Origin: Schizochytrium sp. TIO01
Taxonomy: Eukaryota; Protista; Bigyra: Labyrinthulomycetes
Direction: 5' to 3'
DNA: 64,000 nt
Assembly (NCBI GenBank): GCA_004764695.1
Contig: SMSO01000037.1
Coordinates: forward strand, 1,030,747 to 1,094,746
Positions within the stretch are counted from its first letter, which is position 1. Each line of letters begins with the position of its first letter. The notes below the pieces were generated by a model. That model saw only the letters and a list, made by a program, of their open reading frames with translations. It made no database searches and was not told the DNA's origin. Positions 1 to 12,841 of the stretch are shown here, in pieces. The position numbers and the translations under genes were made by a program.

Positions 1-3000
1 TTCCGAGCAGCTCGGGCTCGGATTCTGCCACCAGCGCTGGCGCAGCTTCGAGTTCGCTTCCTCCTCCATCCTCCAAGAGCGCGATCGAGCGGGGGTGCCT
101 ACCTGCTGCTGCCTCGCAAAGTTATCGATGTGTATGGCCATCTATCTATCTCTCGATCGCTCGCTTGGTCGTCTGCTTGCCTTTTTCTCAGCTGCTGCTT
201 GCCTTCGCACAGGCTCCGGCTGTGCATCCCAGCCGTCTCGCCGCCTTCTGTGTGCAGGCCGCACGGGTTGCCATGGCCTGGGTTGGACCCGCTCGTCGAA
301 GGAAGGAGCCCACGGCGGCGTCGATGTCGTGAACGATTGCTTGCAGCTCCAAGGGCGAACGCTAAGCTTGGACTGGCCTTCTTTCTGCCGCAGCTGCCCA
401 CGGGTTCCCTCGCGCGCACAATCGTGATTTGCATCGAGAACTTGAAACGATCCAAGCTCAAGAACTTGCAGTACAAGAACTTGCAGTACCAGATTCGGCG
501 CCGAGGTGTGCGAAAGACATGGTACGCTTTGTGGCTTCGCGATCGTCAAGGCTCGGGAGGAGGAGACCTAGGTCCTTCTTGAAGATGCACTAGGCCGGCC
601 AAAGCGCTCGCTGCCTTGGACTCCGCTGGAGACCTGGGCAATCAATCGGTAGGCACGGACGGTCCATGGCACTTGCAAGCGAGCGCTTTGGAGGCTTCCA
701 AGGGCCACCTTCCTTGAAGATGAGGACCTGGAAGACCACCGGGGGACGAGCGAAACCTCTCGGCTGGGAGGAGGCATGACATGTATGTGGTATATGTATG
801 AGTCGTGGTGCTCAATTGAGGTTCCAGAGACTCTGAAATGCCACGCTGGCGGCAGGTCTAGGATATGGAGAGGGGAAAGCACATCCTGGCAGATGAGGAG
901 ATTCGCGACACGAGTGACTCTCTTCAGAATCCCAGGCGCGTAATACCTGGCGTGGAGAACAACTGCCACCAACTGCCACAGCTCGAAGGCAAAAGGATGA
1001 AGAAACGGCCATCATCGGAATTGGTGGGTCACCTTTCTTCTACCAAAGATCACGATTGTGCTCGGATAGTCTGATGAAATGGTTCCACCAGAAGAGGAGG
1101 GATCTTGCACTTTGCAAAGTCTGAAAATAGAGAAGAAGAGTTTTGAGCTCACCAGTTCACTGCTACTAAGCTGGCGAGCTTGAACTTCTTGGAGAACTGG
1201 ACAGCGGCACGGAGGATGGCAGGTGCAACCGAAGAACCCTGAGAAGAAGCATATAGTATTATATAGAGCACATACTTTTAATGAATTATTTATCTCTGCA
1301 TTCACAGATAGACCTTTAAATCTTACGTAGCGAAGCTATTTTTATGGGTAGAACGATGTTTTGCTGGGTTTTATTAACCGTGTACTGTTGGGCTTCTCTT
1401 TTCTCTTTGTCTTGCATGATATCAAAGGTTAATGTGCTATTTGAAGGGAGTTGCTGAAATTGTCAGGTAGTCATGGTGTTGAAACAAGTGCAAGGCAGGT
1501 CGAAGCTTCGTGCACACAAATTGAGGTATATATATGGTTTCAATACCTGCAGGCTCTGTCTGACGTCTTTTTAGTTCCATACAAACCATGCCGAACAACT
1601 TGTGAAATCTATATGCCTTTGCTAATGCATCAAATAGTTAATCATGGCTTTGTGAAGTTCTTCATTTGTAGCTTCATGGGAGCATAGCAAAAGTACGCAG
1701 CTCAGCAATAGTATCAACGCATAGTGAGTGGCGCATATTGAATAAATGATAATTTTTTGTCTTATGTTTTAGTTTTCTTCTTCAATTCTATCGCAAACAG
1801 AAAAGCAACGGCCGTAAAAACATCTGCGAACTGACATAGAGAACCAATCTACGTAAAAATGTATGCATAAACCGCCTCTACATTAAAGGGGCCTTCACAT
1901 CTGATATCAAAACAAAAAGAGTGCCTTGCAATGCTCCCGAACTCTTTGCAAAGACAAATGGGTGATGTCCAATTAATTATTTCCTGGAGGTCATGATTGA
2001 ACATAAGATTACTTACACTATGACTTCAAACAGAATGGCTCCCAATTTACGCCGATGTATGCATACTTACAACTGAGGAAGCAATTCATATGACTCCCCC
2101 AAGTTGTTCAACCCAGCCCGTTCTATGCTATGTTAAGCTACGCCATTAAATATTATAACGCTTGAAGATTCCTGAAGACCACAAATGAACCATGCCCCAA
2201 CGGTCATGCCCTTTCTGCAAGGAGATAGTTTTGGGGGGATAGCTTCATTTTTTTATTTTCGAAGTATAGACGATCAAATCACTTTTTCGTCAAAAGTGTA
2301 GCCATTTGTGAGAGTATCTTAGGTTGCCACTCTATATCTTTCGTGGAGTGCTGCACTTATACTGGAAGTGAAAAAGCCCTAAGAAGCGTTCTAAAATTAA
2401 GCAACAGGAGAGTATCGTCCCAATAATTTAAACCATCTGCAAATAGACGTATGAAACACAAAGGATCTCCATTACGAGAGACAATAACAAGACATTGTGA
2501 TCTTCTCCCGCTTTTATAAACGAAGTAGGGCCTCATCTGGAAAAGGGCTACTTTGAGCTTGGTAATGATCTAGGATTTCTAGCATGGAAATGTCTTGAAG
2601 AATTGCAAAGCACTATTAATGGTTTTTGCTTGTATTCTTTTATAAAGCATCATGCTGCGAAAGATTTAATGAGCTACAAAGCATGACAAGGCCCATGGCG
2701 TATTCGAGTGTAAATACTGGTGCACTGATACGACATCTCGTTCCGTGTTCCTGTTAAGATAGGAAAAGTTTGTTTACTGATATGCTTGCAATTATCACTT
2801 TTCTTGAACGCGCTACACAGGATACTCTTCTTTTTTTCGTAACTTTATGAAATGGTTCCGATGGTTAACAACAAAAAGGTAATAGAAGCAAGAGCGGCTC
2901 TGCAATAATCTTATCATCAAGAAGAAGAAACAGAAAAGAAGACTACTATGATGAGCACCTGTAAACACATGTTGTTTAGTAACAGAAGAGTTGAGGAATA

Positions 3001-3651
3001 AAGGATCCAAAGTGCAAATACAGATTTAAACCTTGAGAGAAAATGCAAAGCAGCAGAGTGGTTGTAGTCGTCGGGGATCACAAACATAAAATAGTAACAA
3101 TAATAATTCGGAATGCTGTGGTAAAGCCTGGACAATTCAAAGCATACAGAATGTTCCTGAAAAGAATCCAAGCTGGAAAAGACGCGGCGCTAATGCAGCT
3201 ACAAGATTTGAAGGGGAAAACACATCTTTTGAAAAGGCAATAAACTCAAGACAGAGCCAATATGGCAATAGAAGGAGTGCTATGAACCACATGGGTGTAC
3301 GATACCAAAGCTAATGCGTTTCGCATTGAGAAATTTACCCATCTTGAAGTGAAGTGGGGATTTGGGGAATGCCCTCAGACCACTGAGAATCGGGCAATCT
3401 TATGCAAACCTTGAACGCTCGGCATGTGCTGGTCAAACGCGTGGTCGATCGCTACTGTGATGAGAATATGCTTCCCCTTAATTCATTATCGAAGGATAAG
3501 AATTGATTGCGAGCTATCCTTCTGTATCTTTTAAAAGGGTGGATACTCCATACTAGCTTCGGCGCCCTTTTAAACGCACCCAATCGCTCCAAATTTTTTA
3601 GGCCGTCTCAATCATAGTTGTCCAAGTATAGAATAGCAGGGGCTCCTCTTG

Positions 3652-3707
3652 TCTTCTTCTTCTTCTTCTTCTTCTTCTTCTTCTTCTTCTTCTTCTTCTT
3701 CTTCTTC
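3652..3707. repeat. (TCT)n microsatellite, ~18 copies
   Basis: Perfect trinucleotide run read directly from the sequence. Confidence 0.95.
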
Positions 3708-6080
3708 GTCTTTTTATTTTATTTTGTTTTTTATGAACTAACGAAAACATAATATAATTTTCGCTGTCTCATCGCAATTGATCAATGGCGGTTGGTTTCG
3801 CTAAGCTTGATTCTCCAGCAACCAACAGACCTGCGGCAACTTCGAGGCCCGCTCATTTGAACTTTTCCCGTGTTTTACGCTGCGAAACCGTCCTCCGGCG
3901 GCCGGAAGGAGATCGAGGAGGAGAAGCTTCGGCCCTGGGCAGCGGCTGAGGCGACACGGACATCAGTTCGAGAAAGCATAAACTAGAAGAAGATCAAGAA
4001 TCGTCTCAGCGACGCGTCGAATCGTGTCACCTTTACTCGAAAGCGGCAGCTGGAAAAAGCTTTTAACTAAGCTTTAAAAGTTTTAGCAAAATGGGTTTTG
4101 AGACTTCTTACGACGGCCCAGAAGAATGCTTGGAAGGACTGCTGATGATGATGCGGAGGAAGTTGACAAGTAGCATACTCACGAGAGGCTGCGACACTTA
4201 CAACGGAAGCTCGTGGCGGTTCGAGAGCCATCTGATCATCGCAACGATTGGCCACCGTCGAGTCAACCTCTCTCTCAGGAGCTCTAAGTCCAGCCCGCCC
4301 CCTTTTTCTTTCTTTAAACAAAAATAGTTTTCAAGTCGTGAATAGAGGGAAACTTGGAAAATTAAATTCTATTCGAAAAACTGTTCTCTTTACAAACCTG
4401 AATAAGCATAGAGGCGCAAAGCCAACGACCAAAGCATTGACTGCAGCTTCGATCTGATCGAATGGATTGGAGATCGCGTCCTCTGTCCGCTAGAAAGGTA
4501 GGCGAGCCGGATTCCCATCAGCCTAGCCTCCTTCAGTGAGATAGGACATTGCGTTTTATTGCGCGACGTCACTCATGTCCATCGCGGGGGCTGGCGGCTT
4601 CGTGCACAGCGCTCCTGAAGCACAAATGGACGAGCTTGATTGAAGCAGGAAAGCTGCTCGACTTGGTTTGGCTGGGCAGGCTGCGACTGCAAGCAAAACT
4701 CCAAGATCCCTCCGGATCAACTTGGACTCGAAGAACTTGAAGGGTCGGTCGCTTGGGAGGCCACGCGTGCGGCTGAGTTCAGGGGAGACAGACGCCCAAC
4801 TCTGACAGCCATCGTGTCAGCCATCGAATGGATAATGGATTTCGCCAAAGCACGAGACTAACCCAAAAGGCTATGTTAATAAAGTTTTAATTCTTCAAAC
4901 AGCTTACTCGCAACTTCGCTAGCCAACGAAATCAACGAATTGAAAGGTCCGCCGGAAGGACGAACCTTTCTCTCTTCGTGCTGCCGAAACGCTCTCTCTC
5001 TCAAGAGAGAGTTTACTTCGCCAATGGAGCGGCGCTCTTCGTTTCCAGTTTCCTCCAAACAAAACCTTAATTTCTTAATTTCTTAATTTCTATTCTTTCT
5101 TTCTTTCTTTCTTTCTCTTTCTTTCCTTTTCGAAGTTTTGGGTGCAAATTAGAATAAAGCAGAGGAATAATAAGGCCAGTCTTTCTTTTTCCATTACTCT
5201 TAAGGTTACTGGTACCCTGTGAGTAGAATCGTCTCACTTCGAGACGAAGCTGTCTGTACCAGAGATAGTACCTACTTACTTACTGACAGCAATAGCAATC
5301 AATGGGAGTGATGCAAACTAGCAGAGACTGGCCGAGATGAGCCTCCATCCATCGAGCTGATTCTGCTTTCTCGATCTCTCCGCTCGAAGCCCTTCGAAAG
5401 GCCAGGGTTGGCTCGGGCCCGCCTCTAAACCAGCGCGTAACCCGCGAGTACGCGTCCGCGTGTCTCTGCTCTCCGTTCTTCTTCTTGTTCTTCTTGTTCT
5501 TCAGCTCATGGGCGCCTCGAATCCAGGAGTTAAAGAGGGCTTCCTTCGTGTAGTCTCGCACCAACATACATTTACAACTCCAGAATCGAATCCAGGATGA
5601 CTGGAGCAGTGAGTTAGTTGTTCCGGAGTATTGTATTCTCCGTGGCAAGGAAGGGACGAGAGGAAGGCCACGCATTTCTTGGAGGGAGGCTGACCGACGC
5701 ATCGTCCGTCCACGGCGAATGATGATCACGGCCGATGAAGAGAGGCTTCCTTCCCTTGATTCTTTTTTAACATAAGCTGTTCCTTTCTCCTTTCCAATGT
5801 AAAGACTACGTCTTACGCGGTATTCTCGAGATAGAAGCAACTCGTGAACCATGGTGGATGAGGATCTATCTCTCTCATCATGGATTTCCATGTTCAAGGC
5901 TGCGCGAGCTCAAGAGAGCTCTGTAGAGCGCCCAAGGCTTCAAGTCAATTCATGAGCCTTCACTTTTCCCAACGACTTCTGCTCCAGCTGTCTTTCCGCA
6001 TTGATTTAAATTGATTTAAGAAAATAAATAAAAACTTGTTTCTTTTAACGTAAAAAAGAAGAAGAAAAAGAAAGTGAGAC

Positions 6081-6195
6081 GAAATGAAATGAAATGAAAT
6101 GAAATGAAATGAAATGAAATGAAATGAAATGAAATGAAATGAAATGAAATGAAATGAAATGAAATGAAATGAAATGAAATGAAATGAAATGAAAT
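6081..6195. repeat. (GAAAT)23 microsatellite
   Basis: Perfect pentanucleotide run; it generates the spurious 'FHFIS' ORF. Confidence 0.95.
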
Positions 6196-7682
6196 GAATT
6201 ATACCCAAGAAGCAGTCACGATCCCAGGCACTTCTGAAGACTCCAGGTATCGATAAGGCTCTGCAGACGCTGGAGAACGTGGAGAGTGACGCTCCATAAG
6301 CAACGGTGGTCGTCACCCTCCATCACCTTTGCCGTGGCTCGAGGCGCCTCGAGCGAGCTTTTCTACCGACGAGTTGAGTCGAGAGAAGTTGGACGTTCGC
6401 CATACTTTTAAAACCTCCAATCTCACTCATTCTTTCGAATTGTACAAATCGGTACGTATGCACAACAGCTGCAAAAGAAGAAGAAGAAGAAGAGGCTTCG
6501 ATCAAGCTTGAAGCTCGCTCCAGTGTGGCTTTGAGGCGGGTAGGTCCTCAGTCATTTCGGCATGACATTTAGGCACTTACTAAGTACCTACCTCAACTCC
6601 AATCGAACTCGAATGCGATTTCTTTCAAGTTTCACCTCTCACCAACTTTCAGTTCTTCGGTTTCTTCCTTCCTCTGTGGCGATTTCGGTCACGGCACGCG
6701 CAAAGATCGCATTCCTTTGACAGGGCCGAGGACTTGGAAGACTCGAGAATTCCAAAGAAAGCTGCGACAGAGCTGGAGTTGAAGCCGAGTTCGAGTTGAA
6801 AACAGCTCTTAGAAAGTTGACCTTCGGGTCGACCGGAAGAGCCTCCGCCCTCGAAGGCTCTTCGAAAAGGGCCCGAATCAAGGCCCAAGAGCCTTGGAGT
6901 CTGGGCTTCTCCACCGCGCGCAGGAAACTATGGGTTCGAGCTGCAAAGTTCGAGATTCAATTGAAGGGTTTGGAAAACTTTCAATCAGGAGAAAGAACTG
7001 AGGCGGAACAGAGAGGAAACTGGAGGACTCCCGCAGCTCCGGGGCAAGGTCTGACCCCCTCACATCCTCTCGAAGGTGCTGTTGTATGGCTGCTGGCAAG
7101 ATTGAGCCTCCTTTCCTGAGGCGCTCTCTCTCCAAGCAGCACTGCGGTATGCGTGAAAGAACTGCCGTCACGCAGTTCCAGTGGGAGTGGTTGGCCGTTG
7201 TGATGATTAGCGGTGCCTCCCCTCCTCCTTCAAACTCGCCTAGGTGGACCACTGTGGGCAGTGTCTCGTGAGAGCAACGGCAGAGAAAGTTCTCCGGCAC
7301 TGGGGGGGTCTGGCTGGAGACTCAGTGGTGAGACCATACTGGCGGAGAAGCTGAGAGACGTTTAAGAGAAATAATAATTAAAAGAAGAAGAAGAAGAAGT
7401 TAGCCATTACATACATTAAAAAAACACTTCGAATAAGTTAGGCACGTTTCCTTCCCCACCAAAGACTAGGATCACAGCAACTCGCGGGGCCGAGAAGTGT
7501 CTCGCGAGAGCGCCTTTGATAATGAATGATAAATAAAGCAAATTGACCCATTGATTGAATCATGGCTTCAGAGCCCTTCAGGCCTTCAATTCGCTTATGA
7601 GCTGAGCGAGCGAGCTTAAGACAGACATGGCTTCGCCTGAGCTCCACCGAAGCGTGTCCATTTGGGATGGTGGCTTGGATTG

Positions 7683-7728
7683 TTTGCATTTGCATTTGCA
7701 TTTGCATTTACATTTACATTTGCATTTG
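7683..7728. repeat. (TTTRCA)n hexanucleotide microsatellite
   Basis: tttgca/tttaca tandem units; they generate the spurious LHLHLH/CKCKCK/MQMQ ORFs. Confidence 0.85.
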
Positions 7729-9865
7729 TACCTTCTTCTTGCCGCAGTCACGTTGTTCACTTTGTCAGTGTCTCCGATGTCCACTTTTGAAGCCCAGAAG
7801 AACCAACTCAGTCAGTCAATGAGCGCGCCGTCACTCGAGTGAGTTATTCTTTATTTCGTTGCGGCTCAAGTTCTTCAAGTCGTCTCCAACATCAGCGGCC
7901 GGTTTCTGTATGATGGGAGGAGAGGTTTGGCTCTCCTGAGAAGATAAATAGAGAGTTTCATCGATAGAGAGATAGGGAGAGAGAGAGAGAGAGATAGCTG
8001 GCTAGAGAAGATTTCGAGCTCAAATTCGGGCGGGACTGAGGGCCCCAGGCCCCGCAAAGCAGCGCGTGGCCCTCTGTCCGCTCGAGCCGCTTCGCGATGC
8101 GAGGAAGTTGATTCGTGATGCGGGCAGCTTGAGGGGGCGAGGCAGGGGATAGGCAACCAACCACCTCGTTTACTTTACAGGGGAGTGACTCTCCACAGAC
8201 ATTGCAGAGCCTTCGAGCTCAGGCTCCGGGCGCAGGAGCGCTGTTTACGTTTGGCACTCGACGGCACTCCAAGGCTTTCAAAGTTGTTTGCCATGCAGAC
8301 ATAAATTGCCGTAGTTGCTTTTGCTCTGCGACGTTGCAAGCTTTATCAGCGCACAGGCTTTTTTGGCTTCTCAGAGTATTGAAACCAGGAAGCAGTACCT
8401 TCCTCGATGTTTCTACTAATGCAGCAAAGTACGATCGTCTCCAATAACTTTGATCCGCAGAGAACGAGGGTTGGTTGTTCTGAGGCCAACACAATCGAGC
8501 GCGAGGCGAGGCAAGGCAGCCAGCCAGCCTCCACTAAAACCATCCCAGTCGGGCTGCAGCCGCGAGGCTGGCCCGCGAGGCTTTCAAAGCTCGATGCGGC
8601 AGTCCCAGGCGAGGGCAGTGCTCCTGAGTTCTTTGGTGTCTCGCTCAAGTGCTGTGAGAGCTGGCTAGCTATGAGAAACAGAAGGACAGAGAACCGCTGT
8701 CTAGTTCCTGGACGCACACTGACAGGTACTGTGTGTCTCCCCTGCGCTTGGATGGTCTCCCCTGATAGATAGGTGTGGATAGTCTAAACACTAAGCCCGG
8801 TTTTCATGTGACTGGTGCATTAGTTCTTTCTTTTTTAATTATTTTTTTATTTTAAATCGATTTAATTTTGTTTATAATTTTAAAATAGAATACAGCAATA
8901 GCAATGATTAATGATGAATTAATAGAAGTCTCTTTCTTTTCTTTTCTTTTAAAATAGACTAAGAGGCAAAGAAGGAAGTCAAGCGAAGGTTAGTTAGTTC
9001 GAGGAAGTTCGAGAGAATGAAGGGAGGAAGCGAGGCGGTTCTTGGGCGCTTCTCGAGACGGATGGATGAGTCTCGAGCTTGTGCAGACTCGACGTGCGAA
9101 GAAGAAGCAGAAGTTTCTCCAAACAAGGCAACGCATTCCATTGCTATGGAGCGAGGAAGCGTAAGGCTAGCCAGCAAGCGACTCAAATTGGCGATTGGTT
9201 TATCGAGCATGATTTGCACTATTTTTCTATAATTTTTATTTTTTTAATGCCTCGAGCGAATGCTGGTTGGCGCGAAGGGAAAACGAACTGGAGAAGTCGC
9301 GGTGTTGTTGCGATGCTGGCTAGCTAGCTAAGACCTACCTGCACGCTGGCGATACAGTCTACGAAAAACAGAAGAGCTGTGAATGGCGAATTCAAGTCGA
9401 TGGAGAGCTTGGAAAGTAATAAACTGTATTCTTTTCCGAGTCCTCGTTTTCATGAGTACTATTTTATTTTCTTCTTGTTTGTTTGGAATTAAAAAAATTG
9501 GCTTGACTTGGCTTACACAATTATGGGTAGGTAGATACTACTACAATGAGCTTTTTCCTCTTTGGAATTCATTCCTATTCTTTTTGAAGAAAAAATAAAA
9601 AATGAAAAATTGAGAAATGAAAAAGAGAACGAGCCTGAAACCTGCAAGCAAAACCCAAACGCCTGGCCAGTCCAAGGCAAGGCAAACCAATACAAAGCAA
9701 TCATAACTTAAGGACTACCACGGAGTTGGCAAGACCCCGATTGAGTATTTATATGCTGTGAGTCTACACAGAATATAACATTTTAAAATATAGTGTACTT
9801 CAGAAGTCCCAGGGCGAAGAAGAAGTTCATTGGGCCAAATGATAACTTCTAAAGAAGAACGTGCG

Positions 9866-12265
9866 ATGGACTCTGAACGCGTTGAAGATGTATCAGCAAC
9901 AGCTTCAACAAGCGCAGCCTCCTTCGACAAACCGAGACCCTATACGCCCGGTGCATGGCCCATGCGTGAAGTTCATATTCCGATTCCCATGACCAAGGGC
10001 ATCTTCTGTAACCCTGTCACCAGCTTCTTTGGCATCGTGGTGCTCTGGGCCCTTGTTATTTGGTGTGTAGTTAGCCCTTCTGGATCTTATGATAGCTTAA
10101 CGACTGCCCAAGCTGGTATTACCGAGTACTTTACATGGTTCTATATTATCACCACACCGATCATGTTTTTCTTCATGGCCTTTCTCTACATTGTCTATGG
10201 AAACGAAAAGCTTGGCGAGCCGACAGATAAGCCTGAATTTAGCTCTGCATCGTACTTTGCCATGCTCTTTTCAGCCGGAGTTGCAATCGGACTCTTCTTT
10301 TATGGTGTAAGTGAGCCTCTTTACCACCTTACCACCAACCGCTTCGATACGGGATATCATTCTGTAGCTGAGTACAATATCCATGCCATCAATCTTACAT
10401 TGTACCACTGGGGCTTTGGTGCCTGGACATGCTATGTAAGCATCGGCATCGTCGCTGGCTTTGCGGCATATCGTGAAAAGCTTCCTCTAACCATGCGTTC
10501 TTGCTTCTACCCTGTCATTGGACAATACATTTGGGGTTTCTGGGGAGACATCGTTGACGCCTTTTGTATTATTGTAGTTGTCTCTGGCGTCTGTACCAGT
10601 CTTGGCCTTGGTGCTATTCAGCTGGTCGACGGCATTAACTCTCTCACAGACCTGGGGCTTGAAGATGGTTCCATTGGCATGCGTAATGCACAGATTATTT
10701 GCATCTGGGTTGTGACTGCCATGGCGACAATTTCTGTAGTCTCCGGTCTCGATGTCGGTATCAAGATTCTCTCTAACATTGCTCTTCTGCTGGGCCTTGT
10801 TCTTTGGTTTCTCGTCCTCTTCCTTGATGATACAAAGTTCCTTCTCAACACCATTGTCGAGTCTATCGGTTGGTACTTTCAGTGGAACATCCTCCAAGTG
10901 CACTTTGCGACTGATGCTTTTGGTCAACTTACCCGCGGAAACGGCCGAGGCATTGACGGTGACTCTTACGAAGGTCTCGGTGCGGTGTCTTCCTGGATGA
11001 ACTCATGGACTATCTACTACTGGGCTTGGTGGACAGCATGGGCTTCTTTCGTAGGACTCTTTATTGCTCGCATTTCCAAGGGACGCACCATTCGTGAGGT
11101 GATCAACTTCACCCTTGCTGGTCCCCTCATCTACGCATTCGCTTGGTTCTCTGTCTTTGGTGGAGCTGGTATCCGTGCTTACCGTCGCGCTGAGGAGGCT
11201 ATCCAGCTCGGTACCTTCCTTGGAGATCCTGACATGTTCCTTGCCCCAGGATCGACCGAATGCTACAACCCGCCAACGGAGCCCGTGAGTGTCACATTCA
11301 TCGACAAGACCGGAGCTAACGCCACTTGGGACTTTGTCAACGAATTTCCTGGTATCGCCCCCGTCTGCATGACCATCAGCAACAGCTCTTGGTGGAACCT
11401 CCTTCTTTCCTACTACAATTATGGTCACTTTCTCTCTTGGGTTGCCATTTTCGCTTTAGCTATCTACTTTGTGACCTCTGCCGATTCTGGATCGTTGGTG
11501 ATCGACCATATGGCTAGCAATGGCAACGATGAGGAGGGATATTATATCCAGCGCATTTTCTGGTCTGTCACGCTTGGTGCCGTAGCCACAGCACTTCTTG
11601 TGGCTGGCCAAGGCGAATCTGATGCACTGAGTGCACTCCAGTCAGTTATGATCATCGCCGGTCTTCCCTTTACAGTCATCCAGTGCACAGCCTGTATTTC
11701 ATTGTGGCGGTTCTTGATGCAAAACGTTTACCCTGAATGGTACTTTTCACACAAAGAGTTCAAAATGCACTTTGCTGCAGGTGTTTTCAATTACTTCGAC
11801 CTTGCTTGCTCTCTTGGCGGCTACTTTAAGCACCCTGAGCGAACCTTCATCACTGTACCCGACGCGCGGACACATTACGAGACCCTCCGTGCCCTGTTTT
11901 TGCCGGGATGGTCAACTTTCATTGTGCTAAGCCACATGAACGGTCCTCGCAACTCTGATAAGTTTATCAACATCAGCGTTGGCATCCTTGTTCAGGTGTT
12001 CTTTTTCGGATGGATTGCATTCTTTGCCGGCATGGTGGCGGAGCCTGGCTTCGATGCCTTTGGTTGGCTTTGCTACTTCTTCAATGGCTTTATCCTTGGC
12101 GCTATTCGAAACGTCGTGCGTCAGCGCTACCGCATCCTCGGCAACTATGCCGAGGATACAGCTGCGGGACTTGTTGCATATTACCAGTTGCTCGCGCAGC
12201 TGGTCATTCAAGTCGAGGACGTTGACGATGATGAAAGCAGTGTGGGTTCCTCAAACAAAATCTAA
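9866..12265 (+). CDS. BCCT family (betaine/carnitine/choline) transporter with a C-terminal PLAC8-like extension
   Basis: Long multi-TM ORF with BCCT signatures: KLG..DKPEFS, MLFSAGVAIGLFFYGVSEP, HWG..AW, GVCTSLGLG, WTIYYWAWWTAWASFVGLFIARISKGRTIRE, FVTSADSGS. The ORF track starts at TTG 9830; ATG 9866 (or 9839) is the likelier start. Confidence 0.93.
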   Translation: MDSERVEDVSATASTSAASFDKPRPYTPGAWPMREVHIPIPMTKGIFCNPVTSFFGIVVLWALVIWCVVSPSGSYDSLTTAQAGITEYFTWFYIITTPIMFFFMAFLYIVYGNEKLGEPTDKPEFSSASYFAMLFSAGVAIGLFFYGVSEPLYHLTTNRFDTGYHSVAEYNIHAINLTLYHWGFGAWTCYVSIGIVAGFAAYREKLPLTMRSCFYPVIGQYIWGFWGDIVDAFCIIVVVSGVCTSLGLGAIQLVDGINSLTDLGLEDGSIGMRNAQIICIWVVTAMATISVVSGLDVGIKILSNIALLLGLVLWFLVLFLDDTKFLLNTIVESIGWYFQWNILQVHFATDAFGQLTRGNGRGIDGDSYEGLGAVSSWMNSWTIYYWAWWTAWASFVGLFIARISKGRTIREVINFTLAGPLIYAFAWFSVFGGAGIRAYRRAEEAIQLGTFLGDPDMFLAPGSTECYNPPTEPVSVTFIDKTGANATWDFVNEFPGIAPVCMTISNSSWWNLLLSYYNYGHFLSWVAIFALAIYFVTSADSGSLVIDHMASNGNDEEGYYIQRIFWSVTLGAVATALLVAGQGESDALSALQSVMIIAGLPFTVIQCTACISLWRFLMQNVYPEWYFSHKEFKMHFAAGVFNYFDLACSLGGYFKHPERTFITVPDARTHYETLRALFLPGWSTFIVLSHMNGPRNSDKFINISVGILVQVFFFGWIAFFAGMVAEPGFDAFGWLCYFFNGFILGAIRNVVRQRYRILGNYAEDTAAGLVAYYQLLAQLVIQVEDVDDDESSVGSSNKI

Positions 12266-12841
12266 GAACGCTTGGATTGTCTTCTTTCTCGTCCACCCCT
12301 TCCAAATGCGCGCCTTCAATGGTATTCAACTTTGAACTGCAAATCAATCGGAGTAGAATGTTGTGCATTCTCCTAAATTCCCCACAAAATAATTGGGTCG
12401 AGCCATTGTTATTGGGATTCACTTCATGTGTTATTGCAGGCAGGCAACGCAGCGCGTAATGCTCTATATATTGTAATAATCCACAAGCTTTCTTAAATGT
12501 ACAAATACGCAAGCCGAAGGCAGGTTACAAATGATAAAATTAATTAAAAACTTATCTAAATTACTCAATTCATCGATTAGATCGTTTCATTCTATAATAT
12601 TGCAAACAAACAACATGAACAATTTGGTTCTTGATAGCTTCATAAACCATGCATGGTATGGTGGTATCCACCTTCTATCAAAATCCCCTCTTGTCAAACT
12701 TCGTAGGTATACACACCCAACCCTGGCTGCGCAGACTTGTTTCACAAAATTTCTATCAAATGATTTTTCTAGTTTTCTAAAATTAGGTGGCATGGTGGTA
12801 TAGATCGATAAGAAACCCTATAAAAGCTCATCAACCCTCAG

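Noticed and set aside
1-1310. Overlapping GC-rich ORFs at the window start
   Set aside because: No recognisable domain, and no frame stands out. It may be decayed gene or TE sequence but cannot be supported.
1700-3600. Possible decayed coding sequence (e.g. ORF 3043-3243)
   Set aside because: Multiple stops in all frames and no motif I can assign.
5280-9700. Short ORFs including the 205-aa ORF at 5280-5897
   Set aside because: Low-complexity or microsatellite-derived, with no homology cues.
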